This document shows positions 27,811 through 36,285 of a stretch of DNA of 61,465 bases, piece after piece. The stretch lies in contig CAMVDC010000001.1 in the NCBI GenBank assembly GCA_947166155.1, forward strand, positions 1 through 61,465, given 5' to 3'. The position numbers and the translations under genes were made by a program. Source of the stretch: an uncultured Prevotellaceae bacterium. GTDB taxonomy: Bacteria; Bacteroidota; Bacteroidia; Bacteroidales; Bacteroidaceae. Below the pieces are notes generated by a model. That model was not told the DNA's origin, searched no databases, and saw only the letters and a list, made by a program, of their open reading frames with translations. Every line of letters begins with the position of its first letter. Positions within the stretch are counted from its first letter, which is position 1.

Positions 27811-28030
27811 CCTCCCCTAACCCCTCTCTTATCTCCCCGAAGGGGAGAGGATGCCATCCGGGGAGAAGACCCCCTCCCCCTGTGGGTACTCCCCCTTTCA
27901 GGTGGGAGAGTCCATCCGGATTGAAATAACTAAATAGTTAAATAGTACATAAATCGTAAATAGTAAATCGTCAAATCGTAAATATTATTTGTTTCCGCTA
28001 TTCATTATTCATTATTAATTATTCATTAAA
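27811..28030 (+). repeat. composite intergenic cassette (complete example)
   Basis: Module order: CCTCCCCTAACCCCTCTC, CTCCCCgaaGGGGAG, CCATCCGG variants (two), TAAATAGTTAAATAGTACATAAATCGTAAATAGTAAATCGTCAAATCGTAAAT, ATTATTTGTTTCCGCTATTCATTATTCATTATTAATTATTCATTAAA, then the dus ATG. Confidence 0.85.
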
Positions 28031-29029
28031 ATGACCATCGGCAACATAAATCTCGGCTCACAGCCCGTCATGCTGGCACCCATGGAGGATGTCACCGACC
28101 AGGCATTCCGGCTCCTGTGCAAGGAGTTCGGCGCCTCGATGGTGTATTCCGAATTTGTCAGTGCCGACGCACTCATACGTAGTGTGAGTCGTTCGCTCGA
28201 GAAAATCACACTGTCCGACCTCGAACGCCCCGCTGCCGTGCAGATTTACGGCCGCGATGTCGACTCGATGGTCGAGGCAGCACGCATAGTGGAGAGCGAG
28301 GCACACCCCGATGTCATCGACATCAACTGGGGATGCCCCGTGAAGAAAGTGGCTGGCAAGGGTGCAGGAGCGGGTATGCTCAGGAATCCCGAACTCATGT
28401 TGCAAATCACGCGTGCCGTGGTCGATGCCGTCAAGACCCCCGTCACCGTCAAGACCCGACTGGGATGGGACCATAACTCAATCATCATCAACACCCTTGC
28501 CGAGCAATTGCAAGACTGCGGCATACAGGCACTCACCATCCACGGACGTACGCGCAGCCAGATGTATACCGGCCTTGCCGACTGGGAACCGATAGGCGAG
28601 GTGAAACGCAATCCGCGCATCACCATACCCATCATCGGCAATGGCGATATCGACAGCCCCGAGCGCGCCAAGGAGTGTTTCGACCGCTATGGAGTCGATG
28701 CCATCATGGTGGGTCGTGCCACATTTGGCCAACCCTGGATTTTCAGGGAAATCCGGCACTACCTGCTCACGGGTCAAACCCTCGACAGCCTCACGGCCAG
28801 TTGGAAACTCAATGTGCTGCGCCGTCAGGTGCTCCAGAGTGTGGAGTGTAACAAGAAAAGCGAACTCAGCGGCATCATGCATGTGCGCCGACATCTTGCT
28901 GCCTCGCCATTGTTCAAGGGAATACCCAATTTCCGCAGTCATCGCATCGCCATGTTGCGGGCCGAGACGGTCGACCAGCTTTTCTCCATTCTCGACGAGA
29001 TAGAGCATACTTTCATTCTCACAGAGTAA
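28031..29029 (+). CDS. dus: tRNA-dihydrouridine synthase (Dus family)
   Basis: LAPMEDVTDQAFRLLCKEFGA, DINWGCPVKKV (catalytic Cys) and HGRTRSQMY are Dus motifs. Confidence 0.9.
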   Translation: MTIGNINLGSQPVMLAPMEDVTDQAFRLLCKEFGASMVYSEFVSADALIRSVSRSLEKITLSDLERPAAVQIYGRDVDSMVEAARIVESEAHPDVIDINWGCPVKKVAGKGAGAGMLRNPELMLQITRAVVDAVKTPVTVKTRLGWDHNSIIINTLAEQLQDCGIQALTIHGRTRSQMYTGLADWEPIGEVKRNPRITIPIIGNGDIDSPERAKECFDRYGVDAIMVGRATFGQPWIFREIRHYLLTGQTLDSLTASWKLNVLRRQVLQSVECNKKSELSGIMHVRRHLAASPLFKGIPNFRSHRIAMLRAETVDQLFSILDEIEHTFILTE

Positions 29030-29335
29030 GTCTTTACCTGAAAAACCATTCCCGAATAATAATCTGCACCGCCTTGGGGGGGATATCACCCCGAAAAGGC
29101 CGAAAAAGCGCGAACAAACACGGTTTCATCGGCAAAATCAGCACATAGAACGCATGTTTTTGTATGTGTAAATACATGCGGTTTATGCCGTGGGGGGGGG
29201 GATATAAATACATATACAACCAGTTTTCATAAATACGACGGTTTCATCGGTAAAATCAGCCCGATTTGGTAAAAAACGCTCGATGTATTAACACCCGGGG
29301 GGGATATCAGGGGGGATATTTTTCCCCCCCTTTCT
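29030..29335. repeat. degenerate ~118-bp tandem duplication with G-run+ATAT motifs
   Basis: GGGGGG(G)ATAT occurs at about 29075, 29192, 29297 and 29310. CGGTTTCATCGG(C/T)AAAATCAGC occurs at 29120 and 29239, with a related CGGTTTCATCGGGGAAAATC at 2047. Confidence 0.6.
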
Positions 29336-29385
29336 CACGGTGCTTATCAACCCATCTACAGATACCTGTGGAGGGGGCAAAAAAT

Positions 29386-29463
29386 GAGTGCGCACTCGCG
29401 GGGTCGCGAGTGCGCAGTCTCAGGCCCGCGAGTGCGCACTCTCGGCCTTGCGAGTGCGCACTC
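29386..29463 (-). repeat. inverted copy of the 22-bp GAGTGCGCACTC array
   Basis: Units start at 29386, 29408, 29430 and 29452, preceded by AAAAAAT (29379-29385). After reverse-complementing, the spacers align in order with the 14022 array (7/10, 9/10 and 8/10 matches). It lies downstream of the T9SS-CTD relic on the minus strand. Confidence 0.85.
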
Positions 29464-29592
29464 TCTGACGCCCGTTTCGGCGGTCACCTTAAATTCCATG
29501 CCTAAATGTTGTTTTCACTTCACCCACACCTTGGTTTCATCTTGGTGCATCTCGCCGCTCGGCAAATCTCTGGTGCAAGCCTGGATTTGCTC

Positions 29593-29811
29593 TCACTTCA
29601 CCCACACCTTCCTGCCGCCAACTATGTTCAGTCCTCGCTGCGGACGGAGTATGCGCTGACCCTGCAGGTTGTAGATGCGTGCTGGACCACGATAAGGTAC
29701 GGCAGATGTTTGTGTGATGCCGTCAGCGATGTGGTTGGTGTTTACTACCTCATGTTCCTTGCCCAAATGGTCGCGGACTATATAATTCTTGTCGGGGTCG
29801 AACCCCGGTAT
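29593..29811 (-). pseudogene. orphan relic of a T9SS C-terminal sorting domain (3' end of a decayed cargo gene)
   Basis: This minus-strand frame has no start codon and is bounded upstream by TAG. It reads ...ITQTSAVPYRGPARIYNLQGQRILRPQRGLNIVGGRKVWVK*. That aligns with the C-terminus of the 1751-aa protein (ISQVS...VYTISGQRVAAPQRGLNIVDGKKVLVK*). The terminal 18-mer encoding KVWVK* is duplicated 78 bp downstream (29515-29532). Confidence 0.55.
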
Positions 29812-30251
29812 CTACATGTCGGTCTCGTATAACATTTCACAATCATACGCCATCCCTGTTCTGTACAATTGCAATACTATACATGTGGAGTCGGGACTAT
29901 TTGTCGGTTCTTCGTGTACAATTGCATACAACGCGCTGCAAGATACATTGTGTGTTGATTTTTAGCGTTCCACCTTGTTTTACTTCAAAATGATTTTTTA
30001 TTCGTACCCTGCCTTCCGACTTTATTTGAAGGTTGGTACCAGTATTTACAATGACTTGGCCACTGGGTAAATCTGTTGTAGCATCACTCTATTAATACAG
30101 CAGTCGATACTGTTAACAATATCTATTATGTGCAAACATATTGGCATGAAAATGATATATAGATACCTTATTTTCCGCTCTCTGCCTTCCTCTTTCCATC
30201 CAAATAGCACGATTTTTGTGCTTACACCCCTCTCCTTTCATATTATTTAGC

Positions 30252-30259
30252 TATCTTTG
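30252..30259 (+). promoter_or_regulatory. Bacteroidota -7 box TATCTTTG
   Basis: Exact TAnnTTTG, 23 nt upstream of the dapB ATG. Confidence 0.6.
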
Positions 30260-30281
30260 CAACTCAAAACACGCATGAAAT

Positions 30282-30974
30282 ATGAAGATAGCATTGATAG
30301 GATATGGCAAGATGGGACACATGATTGAGCAGGTGGCCCTGAGCCGCGGACATGAAATAGTGAGCATCATCGACATCGACAACCAGGCTGATTTCGACTC
30401 CGATGCATTCCGCTCGGCCGACGTGGCAATTGAGTTCACCGCACCACATGTGGCATACGGAAACTACCTGCGTGCATGGGAACAGGGGGTGAAAGTGGTA
30501 TCGGGCAGCACGGGATGGCTGAAAGAACATGGCGACGAGGTGCGCCGTGCATGTAAGGAGGAGGGCAAGACCCTGTTTTGGGCTTCCAACTTCAGCCTCG
30601 GTGTAGCTATATTCTCGGCTGTGAACAAATATCTGGCTCGCATCATGCAACGGTTTCCGCAGTACGGGGTCAGCATGACCGAGACTCACCACATACACAA
30701 ACTCGACGCCCCAAGCGGCACTGCCATCACCCTGGCCGAACAGATAAAGGGCGAGGCACCAAGGTTTGCCGATGTAAAGATCAACTCGATTCGTGAAGGC
30801 GAAGTGCCAGGCATACATACTATAGAATACGACAGCCCGGCCGACAAGATAACCATCACCCACGATGCCCATAATCGCTCAGGGTTTGCTCTCGGCGCAG
30901 TGATGGCTGCCGAATATACCGCTCAGCACGAGGGACTGCTCACGATGGAAGATATGATGGGACCACTCCTATGA
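30282..30974 (+). CDS. dapB: 4-hydroxy-tetrahydrodipicolinate reductase
   Basis: MKIALIGYGKMGHMI (NAD(P)-binding motif), ETHHIHKLDAPSGTA and ITHDAHNRSGFA are DapB motifs. Confidence 0.93.
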   Translation: MKIALIGYGKMGHMIEQVALSRGHEIVSIIDIDNQADFDSDAFRSADVAIEFTAPHVAYGNYLRAWEQGVKVVSGSTGWLKEHGDEVRRACKEEGKTLFWASNFSLGVAIFSAVNKYLARIMQRFPQYGVSMTETHHIHKLDAPSGTAITLAEQIKGEAPRFADVKINSIREGEVPGIHTIEYDSPADKITITHDAHNRSGFALGAVMAAEYTAQHEGLLTMEDMMGPLL

Positions 30975-30976
30975 TA

Positions 30977-31140
30977 ACCGGTCCCCCCCTCTTATCCCCC
31001 CAAAGGGGGAAGATGCCATCCGGATGGAAATAACCAAATAATTAAATAGTACATAAATCGTAAATAGTAAATCGTTAAATCGTAAATGAACAAATAAATA
31101 CAAATGGTAAATGGTAAATCTGTAAATAGTAAATGAGATT
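30977..31140 (+). repeat. composite intergenic cassette (dapB-lepB gap)
   Basis: CCCCCCCTCTTATCCCCCCaaaGGGGGAAGATG, then CCATCCGGATGG (31016-31027), then TAAAT words. Positions 31016-31087 are 94% identical (68/72) to 27912-27983. Confidence 0.88.
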
Positions 31141-32655
31141 ATGACAAAATTCAAGGGAACGAAACAGATAAAGGCTGAACGCGCTAATGCGGCTGCCGAC
31201 GCGAAAAAGAACAAACGCAAGAACTGGGTGAAATTCATCATCGCCACCATCCTCTACCTTGCATTCCTCTACTGGGTAGGCAGTTGGTGGGGACTCATCG
31301 TACTGCCGTTCTTGTTTGATGCCTACATCACCAAGAAAATAAAGTGGACATGGTGGAAGGAACTCGAGAGCCCAGTGGCACGCACCATCATGAGTTGGGT
31401 CGATGCCCTGGTGTTCGCCCTCGTGGCCGTCTATTTCGTCAATCAGTTCTTCTTCCAGAACTATCAGATACCAAGCTCGTCGCTCGAGAAGTCGCTGCTC
31501 ACCGGCGACTACCTGCTTGTGAGCAAACTGAGCTATGGCCCGCGCATACCACAGACACCGCTCACCATGCCGCTCACACAGCACACACTGCCATTCGGAG
31601 GCATTCAGTCGTATATAGAATGGCCACACTGGGAATACCGCCGAGTGAAAGGACTGGGACATGTGGAGTGGGGCGACATCGTGGTGTTCAACTATCCTGC
31701 CGGCGACACGGTGGCAGTGAACTTCCCCGGCGACTTCTACGAACGATGCTACATGCTGGGCCTTCAAGCCATGAACGAGCAGGGAGTGCGCCTGCCGGCC
31801 ATGAAAGAACTCTCGACCGAAGAGCAGATGCGCATGTTCGACCAACTCTATGCTGTGGGCAAGCAGATTGTGGTGCAGCAAAGCAATGTGTACGGCCCGA
31901 TAAAGAGCCGACCCACCGACCGACGTGAAAACTATGTGAAACGCTGTGTGGGTCTGCCGGGACAGACCCTGCAGATAAAAGACAAGATAATATACATCGA
32001 CCAGGAAGCCAAGCCCACACCCACACAGGCACAGTTCAACTACTACATCTATGCCAAGGGTCCGTGTCCCGACAAGCTGAGAGCCGACATCGACATGAGC
32101 GACGAGGACTACCGCCAGTGGAACGACCGCCCCGACCACCCGTTCGAGGAGCACCGGCTGGGAGTGCCACTCACCAAGGCAGCACTCGAGACACTGAAGA
32201 GCCACACCGAACTAATCGACAGCATCGTAGAGATTCTCGACACCAACTCGGGACATGTATATCCACTGAACCACGACTACGGATGGACACGCGACAACTA
32301 CGGTCCGGTGTGGATTCCGAAGAAGGGCGAAAGCATCGACCTCAACCTCGACAACATAGCCATCTACGACCGCCCCATCAGGGTGTATGAAGGACATGAC
32401 CTGAAGGTGAAGGACGGCAAAATATATATCGACGGCAAGGAAGCCAGCAGCTACACCTTCAAGATGGACTACTACTGGATGATGGGCGACAACCGCCACA
32501 ACTCCGCCGACAGCCGCTACTGGGGATTCGTGCCCGAAGACCATGTGGTGGGTAAGCCACTGTTCATCTGGTGGTCGGTATGTCCCGACTCCAACCCCGA
32601 AGCAAGCCACATTCGTTGGCACAGGCTCTTCTCGTGGGTTGACAACATTAAGTGA
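31141..32655 (+). CDS. lepB: signal peptidase I (long Bacteroidota form)
   Basis: IPSSSLEKSLLTGDYL (catalytic Ser box), YVKRCVGLPGQ (Lys box) and MMGDNRHNSADSRYWGFVPEDHVVGKP (box E). Confidence 0.93.
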   Translation: MTKFKGTKQIKAERANAAADAKKNKRKNWVKFIIATILYLAFLYWVGSWWGLIVLPFLFDAYITKKIKWTWWKELESPVARTIMSWVDALVFALVAVYFVNQFFFQNYQIPSSSLEKSLLTGDYLLVSKLSYGPRIPQTPLTMPLTQHTLPFGGIQSYIEWPHWEYRRVKGLGHVEWGDIVVFNYPAGDTVAVNFPGDFYERCYMLGLQAMNEQGVRLPAMKELSTEEQMRMFDQLYAVGKQIVVQQSNVYGPIKSRPTDRRENYVKRCVGLPGQTLQIKDKIIYIDQEAKPTPTQAQFNYYIYAKGPCPDKLRADIDMSDEDYRQWNDRPDHPFEEHRLGVPLTKAALETLKSHTELIDSIVEILDTNSGHVYPLNHDYGWTRDNYGPVWIPKKGESIDLNLDNIAIYDRPIRVYEGHDLKVKDGKIYIDGKEASSYTFKMDYYWMMGDNRHNSADSRYWGFVPEDHVVGKPLFIWWSVCPDSNPEASHIRWHRLFSWVDNIK

Positions 32656-32713
32656 TTGACAACTTCGCCAACGAGTAATTGACAGTTGAAACCGATAACA
32701 GACACGTGGCCTC

Positions 32714-33835
32714 ATGAAGATAGGGTTTGATGCTAAACGGCTGTTCTGCAACTTCACAGGACTGGGCAACCACAGCCGTACCACCATCGACATACTCGGA
32801 GCAGAATATCCCGAGACGCAGATGTATCTCTACACTCCGCGCCTCACGCTCAACCCTACTACACAACCCTACACCACACGTCGAAACTGCCACCTGCGCA
32901 CACCCCAGGGGATGGTGAAAGGCAGTTTGTGGCGCACGATGGCAGTGAGCCGCGAGGCACAGCGCGATGGCATAGACCTGTGGCACGGACTATCGAACGA
33001 ACTGCCCATGGGACTCAAGAGCCGACACATACCGTCGGTGGTGACCATACACGACGTGGCGTTCCACACGTTTCCCGACATGTATCACCGCCACGACCGC
33101 ATGATATACGACCTGAAATGGAGGTACGCATGCCGGAATGCCGACCAAATCATAGCCATAAGTCAGTGTACGGCTCGCGACATAGTGAAGTACTACGGAG
33201 TGGATGAGCGCAAATTGAATGTGGTGTACCAGCCCGTCAATTCAATCTACTACCAAGAGCCCACGACTCCCAACCGCAAACACCCTTACATGTTATATGT
33301 GGGGTCGGTCAACTCGAGGAAAAACCTCATGGGAGTGGTGCAGGCAATGGCCTCGATACCCGAGTCGGTACGCATACCCCTCGTGGTTGTAGGCGATGGC
33401 GGAGCATACAAGCGCCAGGTGATGGAATACGTGGAAAGTCATCGACTCACATCGATGGTGGAGTGGCGCACAGCAGCCAGCCACGACGAACTGCGAAGCC
33501 TCTACACCGATGCCACGCTGTTTGTCTATCCCTCGTTCTACGAAGGATTCGGACTGCCGGTGGTCGAAGCGTCGCTATGCAAATGCCCTGTGCTGACATC
33601 GAGCATAAGCAGCCTGCCCGAAGCCGCTGGACCTCATGCCGTGCTTGTCGACCCATACGACAACTCCGACATAGCTCGTGGCATGATGAAACTGCTGGAC
33701 AGCCATGAACTGCGCGAGCAGATAGGAGCCGACAGCCGCCGATATGCCATGCAGACATTCAGCCCGTCGGTGTTGGCTACCAACTTGATGAACGTATATC
33801 ACAAGACTATAAACAGAACGGATAACACTTTTTAA
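32714..33835 (+). CDS. glycosyltransferase family 4 (GT-B, GT1-Pfam type)
   Basis: 373 aa with the C-terminal EX7E-type motif FVYPSFYEGFGLPVVEA. Confidence 0.8.
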   Translation: MKIGFDAKRLFCNFTGLGNHSRTTIDILGAEYPETQMYLYTPRLTLNPTTQPYTTRRNCHLRTPQGMVKGSLWRTMAVSREAQRDGIDLWHGLSNELPMGLKSRHIPSVVTIHDVAFHTFPDMYHRHDRMIYDLKWRYACRNADQIIAISQCTARDIVKYYGVDERKLNVVYQPVNSIYYQEPTTPNRKHPYMLYVGSVNSRKNLMGVVQAMASIPESVRIPLVVVGDGGAYKRQVMEYVESHRLTSMVEWRTAASHDELRSLYTDATLFVYPSFYEGFGLPVVEASLCKCPVLTSSISSLPEAAGPHAVLVDPYDNSDIARGMMKLLDSHELREQIGADSRRYAMQTFSPSVLATNLMNVYHKTINRTDNTF

Positions 33836-33850
33836 ATACACTTATATATT

Positions 33851-35161
33851 ATGCCGAAAACCGTATATCTGGGAATGATAGGCGATATCATGCACCCAGG
33901 ACTTATAAACATAATCAACGAAGGAGCCAAGTATGGCGAGGTGATGATAGGATTGTTTACCGACCATGCTATAGCCAACCATCGCCGGCTGCCATACCTC
34001 AACTTCGAGCAGCGCAGGAACGTGATTGAAAACATACGTGGCGTGTCGCGTGTGGTGCCACAGGACGAGTGGAGCTATGTGGAAAACCTGAAGCGCTATC
34101 GTCCCGACTACATCATCCACGGCGACGACTGGCAGCAGGGTCCCGACCGCTACATACGCGACGAAGTGTTCAAGGTGATGGCGGCTCAGGGCGGCGAGGT
34201 GATAGAGATTCCATATACCAAGGGAATATCCGACTCGAGCCTTAAGGACGAGATGACATCCATCGGAGTGACTCCACAAACCCGACTCTCATCGCTCAGA
34301 CGCCTTATATCGGCCAAGCCTGTGGTGAGAATACTCGAATCGCACAGCGGACTGACCGGACTCATCATCGAACACACAACGGTGGATGTTGACGGACAGA
34401 CACGCGAGTTTGACGGCATGTGGGCATCGAGCCTCACCGACTCTACCAGCAAAGGTAAGCCAGACATCGAGGCGGTAGATCTCACAACACGTCTGCACGA
34501 CCTCAACGACACACTCGAAGTGACCACCAAGCCTGTCATCTTCGACGGCGACACTGGTGGCAAGGTGGAACATTTCGGTTTCACGGTGCGCACCCTGGAG
34601 CGACTCGGCATATCGGCCGTGATCATCGAAGACAAGGTGGGGCTGAAGCAAAACTCGCTCTTCGGCACCGATGCAGTGCAGACACAAGACACCATAGAGG
34701 GCTTCTCGGCCAAGATACGTGCAGGCAAGGATGCACAGATTACTCGCGACTTCATGATTATCGCGCGTTGTGAAAGCCTCATTGCAGGTAAACCGGTGGA
34801 CGATGCACTCGAACGCTGTCACGCATACGTTGAGGCAGGAGCCGACGGAATCATGATACACTCGAAGAATAAGAGCGGCGACGACATTCGCGAGTTCTGC
34901 ATCAGATTCCGACAGACCGATTCACACACACCGATAGTGGCTGTGCCTACGACCTACAACCAATTTACCGAGGAGCAACTGGCCGAATGGGGCATCAACA
35001 TCGTGATATATGCCAACCACATGCTGCGCTCGGCCTACCCTGCAATGGTGGAGTGTGCCAAGTCGATACTCACACACAGCCGCAGCCTCGAGGCATCCGA
35101 CAAATACTGTATGCCGATAAAAGAAATACTCAACCTCATACCAGGAACAATAAAGAAATGA
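33851..35161 (+). CDS. aepX: bifunctional cytidylyltransferase-like domain / phosphoenolpyruvate phosphomutase
   Basis: The N-terminal ~125 aa resemble the glycerol-3-phosphate cytidylyltransferase fold (YLGMIGDIMHPGLINII...IIHGDDW). The C-terminal ~300 aa carry PEP mutase motifs (ILESHSGLTGLI, MWASSLTDS, IIEDKVGLKQNSLFG). Its stop overlaps the next start (ATGA at 35158-35161). Confidence 0.85.
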   Translation: MPKTVYLGMIGDIMHPGLINIINEGAKYGEVMIGLFTDHAIANHRRLPYLNFEQRRNVIENIRGVSRVVPQDEWSYVENLKRYRPDYIIHGDDWQQGPDRYIRDEVFKVMAAQGGEVIEIPYTKGISDSSLKDEMTSIGVTPQTRLSSLRRLISAKPVVRILESHSGLTGLIIEHTTVDVDGQTREFDGMWASSLTDSTSKGKPDIEAVDLTTRLHDLNDTLEVTTKPVIFDGDTGGKVEHFGFTVRTLERLGISAVIIEDKVGLKQNSLFGTDAVQTQDTIEGFSAKIRAGKDAQITRDFMIIARCESLIAGKPVDDALERCHAYVEAGADGIMIHSKNKSGDDIREFCIRFRQTDSHTPIVAVPTTYNQFTEEQLAEWGINIVIYANHMLRSAYPAMVECAKSILTHSRSLEASDKYCMPIKEILNLIPGTIKK

Positions 35162-36285
35162 TAAGTCCACAATTCTTCATCGACGAACTGGGTCGGCACG
35201 GTATCGACTTCTATACCGGAGTGCCCGACTCCCTGCTCAAAAACATCTGTGCCTACATCACCGACACACTTCCCCACGACCACAACATCATAGCCGCCAA
35301 CGAAGGCGGAGCAATGGGCATTGCAGCCGGATACCATCTGGCTACAGGACGCATACCTGTGGTGTATATGCAGAACTCGGGCGAGGGAAACATCATAAAC
35401 CCCCTGGCATCGCTCACCGACAAGGAGGTGTACTGCATACCGGTGTTGTTGATAATCGGTTGGAGAGGCCGGCCTGGTGTTCACGACGAGCCCCAGCATG
35501 TGAAGCAAGGCAAGGTGACCACCGGACTGCTCAACACCATGGGGATAGACTACACGGTGCTGAGCAAAGACACCGACACTGCAGCCAAACAGATAAAGAC
35601 GGCCGTAGATTACATGCACCGCACCAACGAATGCTATGCCCTGGTGGTTGAGAAAGAGACATTCGAGGCCTATACATTGAGCAATACAAAAGCAACGATA
35701 CTCACCCTTGCTCGCGAAGAAGCGATAGAGAGTGTGGTGGAAACGCTCGAAGCCGATGCTGTGGTGGTATCTACTACCGGAATGATATCGAGAGAGTTGT
35801 TTGAGATACGTGAGCGCAGAGGACAAGACCACTCGCGCGACTTCCTGACAGTGGGCTCGATGGGGCATGCTTCGCAGATAGCACTGGGCATTGCATTACA
35901 ACAACCGCAGCGACCTGTGTATTGCTTCGACGGCGACGGTGCTGCAATAATGCACATGGGAGGCATGGCCATTGCTGCAAGCATGAAACCAAGCAACCTC
36001 ACACATATAGTATTCAACAACGGGGCTCACGACTCGGTAGGCGGACAGCCGACCGTGGGACTCGATATCGACCTGCCTGCCGTTGCAAAGGCTGTGGGCT
36101 ACAAGCATGTATATTCTGCCGACAACCTGACGGAGCTGACCGAAATACTCGGCAAGGCTAAAGGCGAGGAAGGACCGAAGCTGATACAGATATGTGTGAA
36201 GAAAGGCAACCGCAAAGACCTGGGTCGACCTACCACCACACCACAGCAGAACAAGGAGGCATTAATGAATTTCCTGAAAAGATGA
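35158..36285 (+). CDS. aepY: phosphonopyruvate decarboxylase (ThDP-dependent)
   Basis: MISPQFFIDELGRHGIDFYTGVPDSLLK N-terminus. ThDP-binding motif FDGDGAAIMHMGGMA...VFNNGAHDSVGGQPT. Sits directly after the PEP mutase, and its stop overlaps the next start (ATGA at 36282-36285). Confidence 0.85.
   Translation: MISPQFFIDELGRHGIDFYTGVPDSLLKNICAYITDTLPHDHNIIAANEGGAMGIAAGYHLATGRIPVVYMQNSGEGNIINPLASLTDKEVYCIPVLLIIGWRGRPGVHDEPQHVKQGKVTTGLLNTMGIDYTVLSKDTDTAAKQIKTAVDYMHRTNECYALVVEKETFEAYTLSNTKATILTLAREEAIESVVETLEADAVVVSTTGMISRELFEIRERRGQDHSRDFLTVGSMGHASQIALGIALQQPQRPVYCFDGDGAAIMHMGGMAIAASMKPSNLTHIVFNNGAHDSVGGQPTVGLDIDLPAVAKAVGYKHVYSADNLTELTEILGKAKGEEGPKLIQICVKKGNRKDLGRPTTTPQQNKEALMNFLKR

Noticed and set aside
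29075-29330. G-runs (G6-G10) as G-quadruplex or slipped-strand phase-variation tracts.
   Set aside because: The runs are 12-117 nt apart, which is mostly too far for a compact G4. They are not inside or directly upstream of any intact gene, so I treat them as part of a decayed tandem duplication.
29795-29815. GGGGTCGAACCCCGG, read on the minus strand as CCGGGGTTCGACCCC, resembles a tRNA T-arm and could be an att-site remnant.
   Set aside because: No acceptor, D or anticodon arms can be built around it. It lies inside the frame of the T9SS-CTD relic (codons ...IPGFDPD...). No integrase is nearby.
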